A stretch of 32,000 nt of DNA from Acaryochloris marina MBIC11017 (GTDB lineage: Bacteria; Cyanobacteriota; Cyanobacteriia; Thermosynechococcales; Thermosynechococcaceae). Below the pieces are notes generated by a model. That model did not search any database, was not told the DNA's origin, and saw only the letters and a program-made list of their open reading frames with translations. Location: contig NC_009925.1 of NCBI RefSeq assembly GCF_000018105.1, positions 5,730,001-5,762,000 on the forward strand, read 5' to 3'. The translations under genes and the position numbers were made by a program. How positions within the stretch are numbered: the stretch's first letter is position 1; every line of letters begins with the position of its first letter. Positions 16,974 through 27,352 of the stretch are shown piece after piece.

Positions 16974-17227
16974 GATTTAATGGCATACTAATCAGATAAT
17001 TATTTTTTTTCTGTAAGCCTTTTATCCTACTCATATATGAGAAATGTTTGGAATTAAGTAAAATTTCAGATATATTAAGCAAAGGATTTTAAGTCATTAA
17101 ATGAGTTGATTGATAATGAATTTACTTTGAATCTCTTAAAGATAAATCACCAAGCCAAACACTGGTCGTGCATCAAAGAAGTGTGGGTTTGTTAAACCGA
17201 TAGGGAGTCGAGTTGTTTTATTTCCTC

Positions 17228-17605
17228 ATGCAATGTCCTCTATGTGGTCATCCTAAAACCCACAAACATGGCAAGACCAGCAAAGGCAGTCAACGTTACC
17301 GTTGCCCCCACTGTCAACAGACCTTTAGTGAGACCTTTGACACCCTGTGTTATCGCCGTCAGATCTCTCCTGAAACGATCCAGACCATCCTTCAAGCTCA
17401 TGTTGAAGGGAGTAGTCTACGAGGACTCTCTCGCATCACGGGTGTAGCGTATAACACTTGTGTGAGTGTGGTTCGTTCAGCGAGTCATAAATCCCAAATG
17501 ATTCACAATGGGGAAGTTCAGGCCGTTGCGACCGACGTCATTAATGCAGATGAGTTGTGGTCCTTTGTCAAAAAAAGCAAAAGCACTGTGAGCCGAAGGA
17601 GTTGA
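17228..17605 (+). CDS. insA: IS1-family InsA (zinc finger + HTH)
   Basis: The ATG at 17228 gives MQCPLCGHPKTHKHGKTSKGSQRYRCPHCQ.... This is the CxxC...CxxC zinc finger followed by an HTH, as in IS1 InsA. Confidence 0.8.
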   Translation: MQCPLCGHPKTHKHGKTSKGSQRYRCPHCQQTFSETFDTLCYRRQISPETIQTILQAHVEGSSLRGLSRITGVAYNTCVSVVRSASHKSQMIHNGEVQAVATDVINADELWSFVKKSKSTVSRRS

Positions 17606-18057
17606 GGGTAGGCGACTGCTGGATAGCATTGAGTCTTGCGAAAGAGAGTGGTCTCGTGCTCAGTGGCCGTATTGGCAAACATACCGACGAGCTAGCTCAA
17701 GAATTGATTGAAAATACTGAGGGCAAAACCGCCTGTCATCATTGGCAAACGGATGGTTGGGAAGGGTACGCACGACAATTACCCGATGAGGTCGTCCATG
17801 AAGTGAGTAAAGCCCTGACCCAACGCTTAGAGCGGACCAATGGCATCGTGCGTCAGCAGACCGGGCGTTGGCATCGACGACAGAATAAATTTGGCAAAGT
17901 CTGGCAACAGAGTGCGATGACTTTAAGATTGGTGCTGAGCTATTTCAACTGGATTTGGTGCCACTCTCGATTCAAGAACACGGCTGCCCAACGAGCTGGA
18001 TTGACGGAGCGTCCTTGGAGATGGCAAGACTTAGCTTCCTATCCCACACTTTGTTGA
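17557..18057 (+). CDS. insB: IS1-family InsB frame, expected to be expressed as an InsAB' fusion by -1 frameshifting at the A7 run 17570-17576
   Basis: The frame is -1 relative to insA and has no independent ATG. The A7 slippery run lies in the overlap. The fused reading gives ...ADELWSFVKK|KQKHCEPKELRVGDCWIAL..., the pattern expected for IS1 transposases. Confidence 0.8.
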   Translation: MVLCQKKQKHCEPKELRVGDCWIALSLAKESGLVLSGRIGKHTDELAQELIENTEGKTACHHWQTDGWEGYARQLPDEVVHEVSKALTQRLERTNGIVRQQTGRWHRRQNKFGKVWQQSAMTLRLVLSYFNWIWCHSRFKNTAAQRAGLTERPWRWQDLASYPTLC

Positions 18058-18135
18058 TGCACAATCTCTTAATTGAGCTGAAATTCTTCTAGGATTTTGA
18101 GATATTAAAAATTGACTAACTTAGTATTCAGTGAA

Positions 18136-18543
18136 TTAGATGGTTGCCAATGCATATTTTCGACTATTCAGTTCTAGAAATTCGAGCCAAAGCTTTGACA
18201 ATTGGTTGGCTTCGTCCAGCCTACTTGAAGGGATTATCAGCATACGCCTAGGCCTTCCTCTTCCAGGAAAATTTTTCCAATAAGAAGTAATAATACCTTC
18301 ATGCGTCAGGAAGTTTAATGCGTTATATAAAACTGTATCTGATAGACGATATGGTGGATATTCAGTTTCTACATATTGCATTAGAGCAGAGCCATATGAT
18401 TCACCATTATTAATTAAAATAGTGAGGATACAGCAAACTGCGGCTTCTCTATGTAAATAAATGGGAGGTGGGTTCTGAAAGTAACTAAAAATATCCTGAA
18501 AATTCAATATGATCAACCCTTGGTAATTGAGCAAAATATCCAA
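18136..18543 (-). CDS. PadR-like winged-helix transcriptional regulator (no ATG start; TTG at best, possibly decayed)
   Basis: It has a PadR-like pattern: ...NNGESYGSALMQYVE...SDTVLYNALNFLTHEGIITSYW...GRGRPRRMLI. The only in-frame starts upstream of the domain are TTG codons, and a TAA immediately precedes the ORF. Confidence 0.45.
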   Translation of the reverse strand: MDILLNYQGLIILNFQDIFSYFQNPPPIYLHREAAVCCILTILINNGESYGSALMQYVETEYPPYRLSDTVLYNALNFLTHEGIITSYWKNFPGRGRPRRMLIIPSSRLDEANQLSKLWLEFLELNSRKYALATI

Positions 18544-18651
18544 TTAAGCTTACAAAATACCTGATATTTGTAGGCAGTAAACTGGCATGAATTATATGAA
18601 AATAATCATTGAGAAAATGCAGATTTATATCTAGCTACCAAAGAGGACGGT

Positions 18652-19014
18652 TTATTCTGTCCAATGGGTTAGTTTCTCCCATTTTAGCTCCTGACCATTT
18701 TCTAAAAATAACTTTGAATCTCCAGCAAAATCTTGATGTGGTAAACCAAGCTCGTACATGGAATTTTTGGTATTCACATAAATACGACCATTTTTTGAAA
18801 AACAACCCTGGATCGGCGATGTTTTTAGCCTTTTACCTGATGGATGATTTGGGTGATTGTGAATTTGACCAAAGATGATTACCTTTTTATCGACGTCAAC
18901 ACAAAGCCAAGATTCTATGATTGAAGAGCAAAGCGAAGACAATGATATTTTGCTTATTGTAGATTGATAATTCTGTAAATAGTATTCTATGATATCGTCT
19001 GCTACCACTTTCAA
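18652..19014 (-). CDS. Hypothetical protein (120 aa), TTG/GTG start only
   Basis: This is the longest ORF in the interval and it lies upstream of, and co-oriented with, the PadR-like ORF. I recognise no family. An antisense 89-aa ORF also exists, so the coding call is uncertain. Confidence 0.3.
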   Translation of the reverse strand: MKVVADDIIEYYLQNYQSTISKISLSSLCSSIIESWLCVDVDKKVIIFGQIHNHPNHPSGKRLKTSPIQGCFSKNGRIYVNTKNSMYELGLPHQDFAGDSKLFLENGQELKWEKLTHWTE

Positions 19015-19416
19015 TCTCTCAAAAACTAATCAGTATTTATGTTGGTAATATGGTGAGTTGTTTTATATACTCTATGTTCTTCATGGAAGGCAGTATCACC
19101 TACTAAATTAATCAGGAAAAGTAATCGAAATGAAAAGGCTGCTCATAAAATAGTCCAACCTTGATTTGAGATTGATTCAATATAGATTATTTCAGTGAGA
19201 GTCCCAATAAGGTAGATGATTTTATGATATTGAGCCAAGTGATTTTATTTACTTAGTGAATTGCAAGATTGCTCCTCGTTACTAGCTTGTACCTGAATAT
19301 TAAAAAAGTCTGTGTGATATTGTTACTATTTTTCTTATGAGAAGCTATCTAATTGTGTGCTTGATGTTGAGGATTTCATGGTTATAGTCATTACTTTTGA
19401 TTTTAAGAGATACTAT

Positions 19417-19451
19417 TCACACCAATCGGTTCTGTACCTTAGGATTGGTGT
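19417..19451 (+). promoter_or_regulatory. Perfect 10-bp stem hairpin (CACACCAATC - 15 nt loop - GATTGGTGTG) 42 nt upstream of the first AAA_35 ATPase gene
   Basis: Read directly. Its position in the putative 5' leader or operator region of the 19493 gene suggests a regulatory role. Confidence 0.3.
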
Positions 19452-19492
19452 GACGACTTCCTTGATGGATATAGACCTGTGAATCACATCTA

Positions 19493-20830
19493 ATGACAGT
19501 TGATGAAGCACTAGAAATTATTGATGTTGCGCTTGCACCCCAACGTCTTAATGCTCTCCAGGAGTTAATCTTTAAGCAATGCTGGAAGGGACTTACGTAT
19601 CAAGATATTGCGGCGTTAGCTGGATATGACAATGACTATATTCGGCGAGTCGGATCGCAGCTTTGGCTTGAATTAACGGATTTATTTGCAGAAAAAGTCA
19701 CAAAAAGTAACTTTCGTTCCGTCCTCAGGCAACAAAGCCATAATTCTGACACCCAGAATACCCCTGATACAGAATATTGCCAGAAATCTAATCCTATACC
19801 TGATTTCCCCAGCAGTTCAGTTCCCTTGGAATCACCTTTTTACATCAAGAGGAACCTAGCCGAGAAACGGTCCTATGAAACGGTTGTTCGACCTGGATCT
19901 CTCATTCGGATAAAAGCACCAAAAAAGTGGGGGAAAACCTCTTTACTGCTCAGAATAATAGTTTATGCTGAGTCACAAAATTTTAATACGGTTAGATTAA
20001 ATTTTAATCAGGCAGATCAATCTATTCTCATGAGTTTAGATAAGCTGTTGAGGTGGATATGTTTGAACTTGACTAACCAACTCCAAATACAATCGAAAGT
20101 TGATGAATTTTGGGATAGAGACCTAGGCAGCAAAGTAAGTTGTACGAATTATTTCAGAAGATATATCCTAAGCCAACTGAGTGATCCCCTCGTGATTGCA
20201 TTGGATGATTTAGATCGATTGTTTGAGTATTCTCAAACAGCTCAAGATTTTCTGCCCATGCTGAGGTATTGGCATGAAGAAGCAAATAATTTTGAGGTAT
20301 GGAAAAAACTCCGACTCATTGTTGCCCATAGTACGGAAGCCTATATCCCCCTCAATCTCAGTCAGTCCCCTTTTAATGTAGGCCTTCCCATTCAGTTACA
20401 AGCGTTAACTGTCGATCAGGTCCAAGAATTAGCAGATAGATATGCTTGTACTTGGACAAAAGGTAAATCTGGTCGAACAAAAATATCCTGCCTATGTGAC
20501 TTATGTGGAGGTCACCCTTATTTATTGAACCTGGCTTTTTACCACCTTTTTCATAAAGATCTCTCTCTTCAGGAGCTTATTGATGATGCCCCGATACCGA
20601 CTGGACTCTTTAGCAGCCACCTAAGTAACCAGTTGTTTACGCTTCAACAGCATCCTGAGCTAGCTCGTCACTTTAAAGAAATTGTGTCTGTGGAACAGCC
20701 CATATCTATACCATATGTTTCAGCTTATAAGCTCGAAAGCCTTGGCTTGATTCGATTTGAAAAAGATCAAGTGGTACCAATGTGCGAGTTATATAGACGA
20801 TATTTTCGCAATTGCACAAGTCAATTTTAG
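19493..20830 (+). CDS. HTH-like N-terminal module + AAA_35-type ('AAA-like domain') P-loop ATPase
   Basis: The N-terminus (LQELIFKQCWKGLTYQDIAALAGYDNDYIRRVGSQLW...KVTKSNFRSVL) is the conserved module seen at the N-termini of many cyanobacterial STAND/WD40/AAA-like proteins. Other motifs: Walker A APKKWGKTSLL, Walker B LVIALDDLDRLF, SPFNVG and GGHPYL. Confidence 0.8.
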   Translation: MTVDEALEIIDVALAPQRLNALQELIFKQCWKGLTYQDIAALAGYDNDYIRRVGSQLWLELTDLFAEKVTKSNFRSVLRQQSHNSDTQNTPDTEYCQKSNPIPDFPSSSVPLESPFYIKRNLAEKRSYETVVRPGSLIRIKAPKKWGKTSLLLRIIVYAESQNFNTVRLNFNQADQSILMSLDKLLRWICLNLTNQLQIQSKVDEFWDRDLGSKVSCTNYFRRYILSQLSDPLVIALDDLDRLFEYSQTAQDFLPMLRYWHEEANNFEVWKKLRLIVAHSTEAYIPLNLSQSPFNVGLPIQLQALTVDQVQELADRYACTWTKGKSGRTKISCLCDLCGGHPYLLNLAFYHLFHKDLSLQELIDDAPIPTGLFSSHLSNQLFTLQQHPELARHFKEIVSVEQPISIPYVSAYKLESLGLIRFEKDQVVPMCELYRRYFRNCTSQF

Positions 20831-20848
20831 GAAATTTGGTTTAGGTTT

Positions 20849-23824
20849 ATGCTATCCAACAACCACAAGAACTATGAGTACCAAGTCGGGGGTAGCCTCA
20901 GCATTGATTCTCCAAGTTATGTTGAACGTGAAGCAGATTCTTTATTATTTGACGCCCTTGTGAGAGGTGATTTCTGCTACGTCTTTAATTCACGTCAAAT
21001 GGGTAAATCTAGTTTACGAGTGCGTGTTAGACACAGACTTCGACAAGCTGGTTATAATTCGGTATCGATCGATATCACGAGCATTGGTAGCGAAAGGACT
21101 TCACCTGAACAGTGGTATAAAGGAGTCGCCAATGAAATATTTTACGGATTCAATTTACAGGAAACACTTCACTTCAATCATTGGTGGAAACAGCAATATG
21201 GCTTGACTCCTGTTCAAAAGCTGAGTCTTTTTATTGAAAATGTACTGTTGACCCATATTGTAGGTGAGAAGATCTTCATCTTCATCGATGAAATCGATAG
21301 TATCCTTAGCCTCGATTTCCCGATGGATGATTTTTTTGCACTCATCCGGTCATGTTATAACCAACGAGCAGATAATCCTCAATATAATCGCCTGGCCTTT
21401 GCCCTGTTTGGGGTTTCCACACCCTCAGACTTAATCCAAGATCGAAATCGCACCCCCTTTAACACTGGCCAAGCCATTGAATTAAATGGGTTCCATTTAG
21501 AAGAATGCCATTCTCTTGTGCAAGGGATGGTAGATAAGTACGATCGCCCCGGTAGATTTTTGGAAGAAATTCTATTTTGGACAAATGGACAACCTTTCTT
21601 AACTCAAAAGCTCTGTCAAATTGTTGTCCAGCATGTTGAAGTTGAAGAAAAATGCAACTGTCCACCAGCTCTTTTATCTGACTCTCAATATTCTATTAAG
21701 GATTTTATTGAGCATATTGTTCAGTCCCATATCATTCAAAATTGGAAATCTCAAGATAACCCCGAACATCTTCGTACTATTCATACTCGACTGCTAAGAA
21801 ACGAACATAAAGCCACCCGACTATTAGGAATGTATCAGCATATTCTCCAGGATGGAGTTTTAGCTGAAACGAATAGCGATACTCAAGTGGAATTATTACT
21901 TTCAGGCTTAGTTGTTAAGCGAAATGGTTTATTGAAAGTTTCAAACCGCATTTACAAGTTCGTTTTTGATCAGATGTGGGTTCAAGACCAACTGGAAGAA
22001 TTAAGGCCGTACTCGGAAGCATTGACTGCTTGGATGAATTCTGGTGCTCAGGATGAATCTCGGTTGCTTCGAGGTCAGGCATTAGCAGATGCTCAAGCTT
22101 GGTCTTTAGGAAGAAGTTTAACCAATCAAGACTATCAATTCCTTGCCGCGAGCCAAGCCTTAGATAAGCAACTTGTTGAAGAACGTTTAGCCTTAGAAAG
22201 CGCTAAGAACATAGAGCAAAAACGACGAGAAGACGCCTTGCGTTTAATTATGGAAGGTACCGCTGCCAAAATTGGAGATGAATTCTTCTACTCCTGTGTG
22301 CGCTGCCTTGCTGAAATTTTAGATGTTGAGTACGCTCTCATTGCTGTCTTGGATGATAAAAACCACACCCATGCCATGACTTTGGCTTACAGTGGTGATG
22401 ATGAGTTAGGCAATTGCTGGGAGTATGAGATTGCTGGAACTCCCTGTGAGCAGGTTATTCAACGGCTTGAAATCTGCCATTACCCTCACTCTCTCCAAAC
22501 CCTATTCCCTAACGATCCCTATTTAATCCCTTTAAATGCTCATAGCTATCTCGGCATACCTATCTTAGATAGCCAGGGAGACTATTTAGGCCATTTGGCT
22601 GTGATGGATACAAAGCCGTCTAAAGAAAATATTTCAGATGAGATTGTTATTCTAAAAATTTTTGCTGCTCGTGCGGGAGCAGAACTAACGAGGAAGAAAA
22701 CGGAAGCAGCGTTAGCAAAGCATTTAGAGCAAGTATTGCTCTTGGAGCATATTACTCAGAAAATCCGACAGAGTCTTGATACAACACAGATATTGCAAAC
22801 CACGGCAAATCAAATTGGCAAAGTCTTCCAAGCCAATCGTTGTTTAATTTATACTTATTTACCTAATCCAACTGCTCAACTACCATGGGCTGCTGAATAC
22901 TGTGAAACAGGGTTCACCTCTTTGCTGGATTGGAGTCGTTCCATCATTGATATCCCTTTTGTACGAGAGAGTTTAGCAAACGATGAAGCCATTTCTCTTC
23001 CAGATGTACATACAAATTCTCTGATGGAACCTCTGCCAGATGGGGTTAATATTACTGGCTTGAAGTCAATGATTGCCATTCGAACGTCCTGTCACGGCGA
23101 ACCCAATGGATTGATCCTGATCCAACAATGTGATCGATTTAGGCATTGGACTCAAGAAGAAATTGAATTGTCTGAATCTGTAGCATTGAGGGTAGGAATT
23201 GCTCTGGCGCAAGCTAAGCTCATTGAAAAGGGAAAGGAGCAAATGCTCCAATTGGATCGACAGAATCATCAACTCCATCAGGAAATCTCTGAACGTAAAT
23301 GGATTCAAGACTTCGTGGATGGACAGAATAAGGTATTAAACTTGATTGCCAAGGGAGCAGCCCTTTTGGAAACCTTAAATCTTCTGGCTAAGATGATTGA
23401 GGATCTTTCAGATCAGTCTTTATGTTCTATTCTCTTGTTAGATAATTTTACTGGCAAGCTACATCATGGGGCAGCTCCAAGCCTACCTGAAGCTTACAAC
23501 CAAGCCATTGATGGTTTAAAAATTGGACCCATGGTTGGTTCCTGTGGGACGGCTGCCTATTCAAAACAAACCGTTACAATTACGGATATTGCTACTGATC
23601 CTCGTTGTCAATCAGTCAAGGATGTAGTTTTACAGTATGGACTCAGAGCATGTTGGTCTACTCCAATCATCATCAATGATGAAGTTGTAGCCACCTTTGC
23701 TATGTATTATCGAGAACCTAGAGCACCTGGTTCGAGAGATATAGATTTAGTTGCTAAAGCCACCGATCTAGTCAAAGTTGCGATAGAGCGTTACAGAGCT
23801 CTAGAGAATTTAGCTTGTATATAG
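20849..23824 (+). CDS. AAA_35-type P-loop ATPase fused to a coiled coil and three GAF domains, with no recognisable output domain
   Basis: Motifs: Walker A SRQMGKSSL, Walker B IFIFIDEIDSIL, TPFNTG and NGQPFLTQ. Three GAF-like blocks follow. The last carries the common CSILLLD...AAPSLP...GSCGTAAY...ACWSTPI pattern. The ORF ends directly after the third GAF. Confidence 0.8.
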   Translation: MLSNNHKNYEYQVGGSLSIDSPSYVEREADSLLFDALVRGDFCYVFNSRQMGKSSLRVRVRHRLRQAGYNSVSIDITSIGSERTSPEQWYKGVANEIFYGFNLQETLHFNHWWKQQYGLTPVQKLSLFIENVLLTHIVGEKIFIFIDEIDSILSLDFPMDDFFALIRSCYNQRADNPQYNRLAFALFGVSTPSDLIQDRNRTPFNTGQAIELNGFHLEECHSLVQGMVDKYDRPGRFLEEILFWTNGQPFLTQKLCQIVVQHVEVEEKCNCPPALLSDSQYSIKDFIEHIVQSHIIQNWKSQDNPEHLRTIHTRLLRNEHKATRLLGMYQHILQDGVLAETNSDTQVELLLSGLVVKRNGLLKVSNRIYKFVFDQMWVQDQLEELRPYSEALTAWMNSGAQDESRLLRGQALADAQAWSLGRSLTNQDYQFLAASQALDKQLVEERLALESAKNIEQKRREDALRLIMEGTAAKIGDEFFYSCVRCLAEILDVEYALIAVLDDKNHTHAMTLAYSGDDELGNCWEYEIAGTPCEQVIQRLEICHYPHSLQTLFPNDPYLIPLNAHSYLGIPILDSQGDYLGHLAVMDTKPSKENISDEIVILKIFAARAGAELTRKKTEAALAKHLEQVLLLEHITQKIRQSLDTTQILQTTANQIGKVFQANRCLIYTYLPNPTAQLPWAAEYCETGFTSLLDWSRSIIDIPFVRESLANDEAISLPDVHTNSLMEPLPDGVNITGLKSMIAIRTSCHGEPNGLILIQQCDRFRHWTQEEIELSESVALRVGIALAQAKLIEKGKEQMLQLDRQNHQLHQEISERKWIQDFVDGQNKVLNLIAKGAALLETLNLLAKMIEDLSDQSLCSILLLDNFTGKLHHGAAPSLPEAYNQAIDGLKIGPMVGSCGTAAYSKQTVTITDIATDPRCQSVKDVVLQYGLRACWSTPIIINDEVVATFAMYYREPRAPGSRDIDLVAKATDLVKVAIERYRALENLACI

Positions 23825-23933
23825 AGAAAACTCGCAGTTATTTCCTTGGAGGTATTCCGAGATGTTGAGATTCGCTACAACCCCCTCGACTAATAAGCTA
23901 AATTTCTAAATTTTGGTATGAAATCTGGTTTAT

Positions 23934-26414
<2,481 letters not shown>

Positions 26415-26539
26415 AACCGTTGATTCCCTCAGCCGTTTGAACAAAGAGGGATAAAGCTGACGTAATTATGGCATGCTCATTCAAAGACCTGCATTGACCT
26501 TGTTACAGTGTTCACTGATGGATATGGACGTTCCTCTCT

Positions 26540-27352
26540 ATGTGCCGTTTGTTGGGCTATTTAGGCGAACCGGTTTCGTTAGATACCTTTCTCATTGCCC
26601 CCCGCCATTCCCTCGTGGCCCAGAGCTACCAGCCCAAAGAAATGACGGCGGGTTTAATTAACGCCGATGGATTTGGTATGGGTTGGTATAAGCCAGCTTC
26701 CCAACATCCCCCCTATCGGTATCGCAACAGTTTACCCATTTGGAATGATCCCAACTTTGAGGAACTCTGTCGCTATATTTCGTCCGGGAGTTTTCTCGCC
26801 TATATTCGCAGCGCCACCCTGGGACAAAGCCTGCAGCTCAGTAATTGCCAACCCTTTGGCGATCGCCAATTGCTGGGGATTCACAATGGCTTTATTGATC
26901 GGTTTCGTCAAACTCTCTATCGACCGATGCGGGACTGTCTCAGTGACGAACGCTACCAAAGTATTGAAGGAACAACGGACTCAGAACATATTCTGGCTTT
27001 GATTTATGAAACCCTGACCCAAAATCCGACTCAGACCTTGGCCCAGGCTTTGACTCAATCCTTGCACCAGATCCAAGCTTGGGCTAAATCCTATGAGGTG
27101 CGGGTAAGCCTGAATATTGTGCTCAGTGATGGTGAATCTATGACCGTGTCTCGTTACGCCTATCCCGATCCGCCTCCGTCTTTGTACTGGTTAGAAGTGA
27201 CCCATCCGGTGAAAGGGGTACTGGTGGCGTCAGAGCCTTTAGATGCCGATGCAGAGATGCGATCGCAATTTGGGGAGCGTTGGCAATCCATTCCAGCCAA
27301 CTGTTTGTTAACCATCAATCCCAGGAGAGAAGTTGCCACCCATGCCCTCTAA
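26540..27352 (+). CDS. egtC: Class II (Ntn) glutamine amidotransferase, EgtC-like
   Basis: It starts MCRLLGYLG, with the N-terminal nucleophile Cys2. It also has NADGFGMGWY, NCQPFG, HNGFI and GTTDSEH. It overlaps egtB by 11 nt. Confidence 0.7.
   Translation: MCRLLGYLGEPVSLDTFLIAPRHSLVAQSYQPKEMTAGLINADGFGMGWYKPASQHPPYRYRNSLPIWNDPNFEELCRYISSGSFLAYIRSATLGQSLQLSNCQPFGDRQLLGIHNGFIDRFRQTLYRPMRDCLSDERYQSIEGTTDSEHILALIYETLTQNPTQTLAQALTQSLHQIQAWAKSYEVRVSLNIVLSDGESMTVSRYAYPDPPPSLYWLEVTHPVKGVLVASEPLDADAEMRSQFGERWQSIPANCLLTINPRREVATHAL
26859..26866. repeat. HIP1 octamer GCGATCGC
   Basis: Exact match read directly. Confidence 0.95.
27259..27266. repeat. HIP1 octamer GCGATCGC
   Basis: Exact match read directly. 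Confidence 0.95.

Larger units (their letters stand above)
17168..18062 (+). mobile_element. IS1-family insertion sequence
   Basis: The terminal IRs are GTGCATCAAAGAAGTGTGGG (17168-17187) and the reverse complement of 18043-18062, with 18 of 20 positions matching. It has an InsA/InsB two-frame organisation. A 10-bp direct repeat AATCTCTTAA lies at 17130-17139 and 18063-18072, so the left end may instead be at 17140. Confidence 0.8.
9914..23933. other. Putative horizontally acquired, HIP1-free, AT-rich accessory island (boundaries approximate)
   Basis: None of the window's eight GCGATCGC sites lies in this interval. Hand-counted GC of single 60-nt lines: 25% (10501), 30% (11701), about 37-40% (12961, 13141) and 42% (21001), against 50% (9301) and 58% (24601) in the flanks. 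The interval holds three IS elements and one IS remnant. Confidence 0.6.

Noticed and set aside
17244-17447. 67-aa alternative-frame ORF inside insA
   Set aside because: It overlaps the zinc-finger/HTH InsA frame, which has clear IS1 signatures.
18609-18878. 89-aa plus-strand ORF (TTG start) antisense to the 120-aa ORF
   Set aside because: It is shorter than the minus-strand frame, has no ATG, and does not fit the orientation of the PadR-like ORF. Neither frame is well supported, so this rejection is only marginal.
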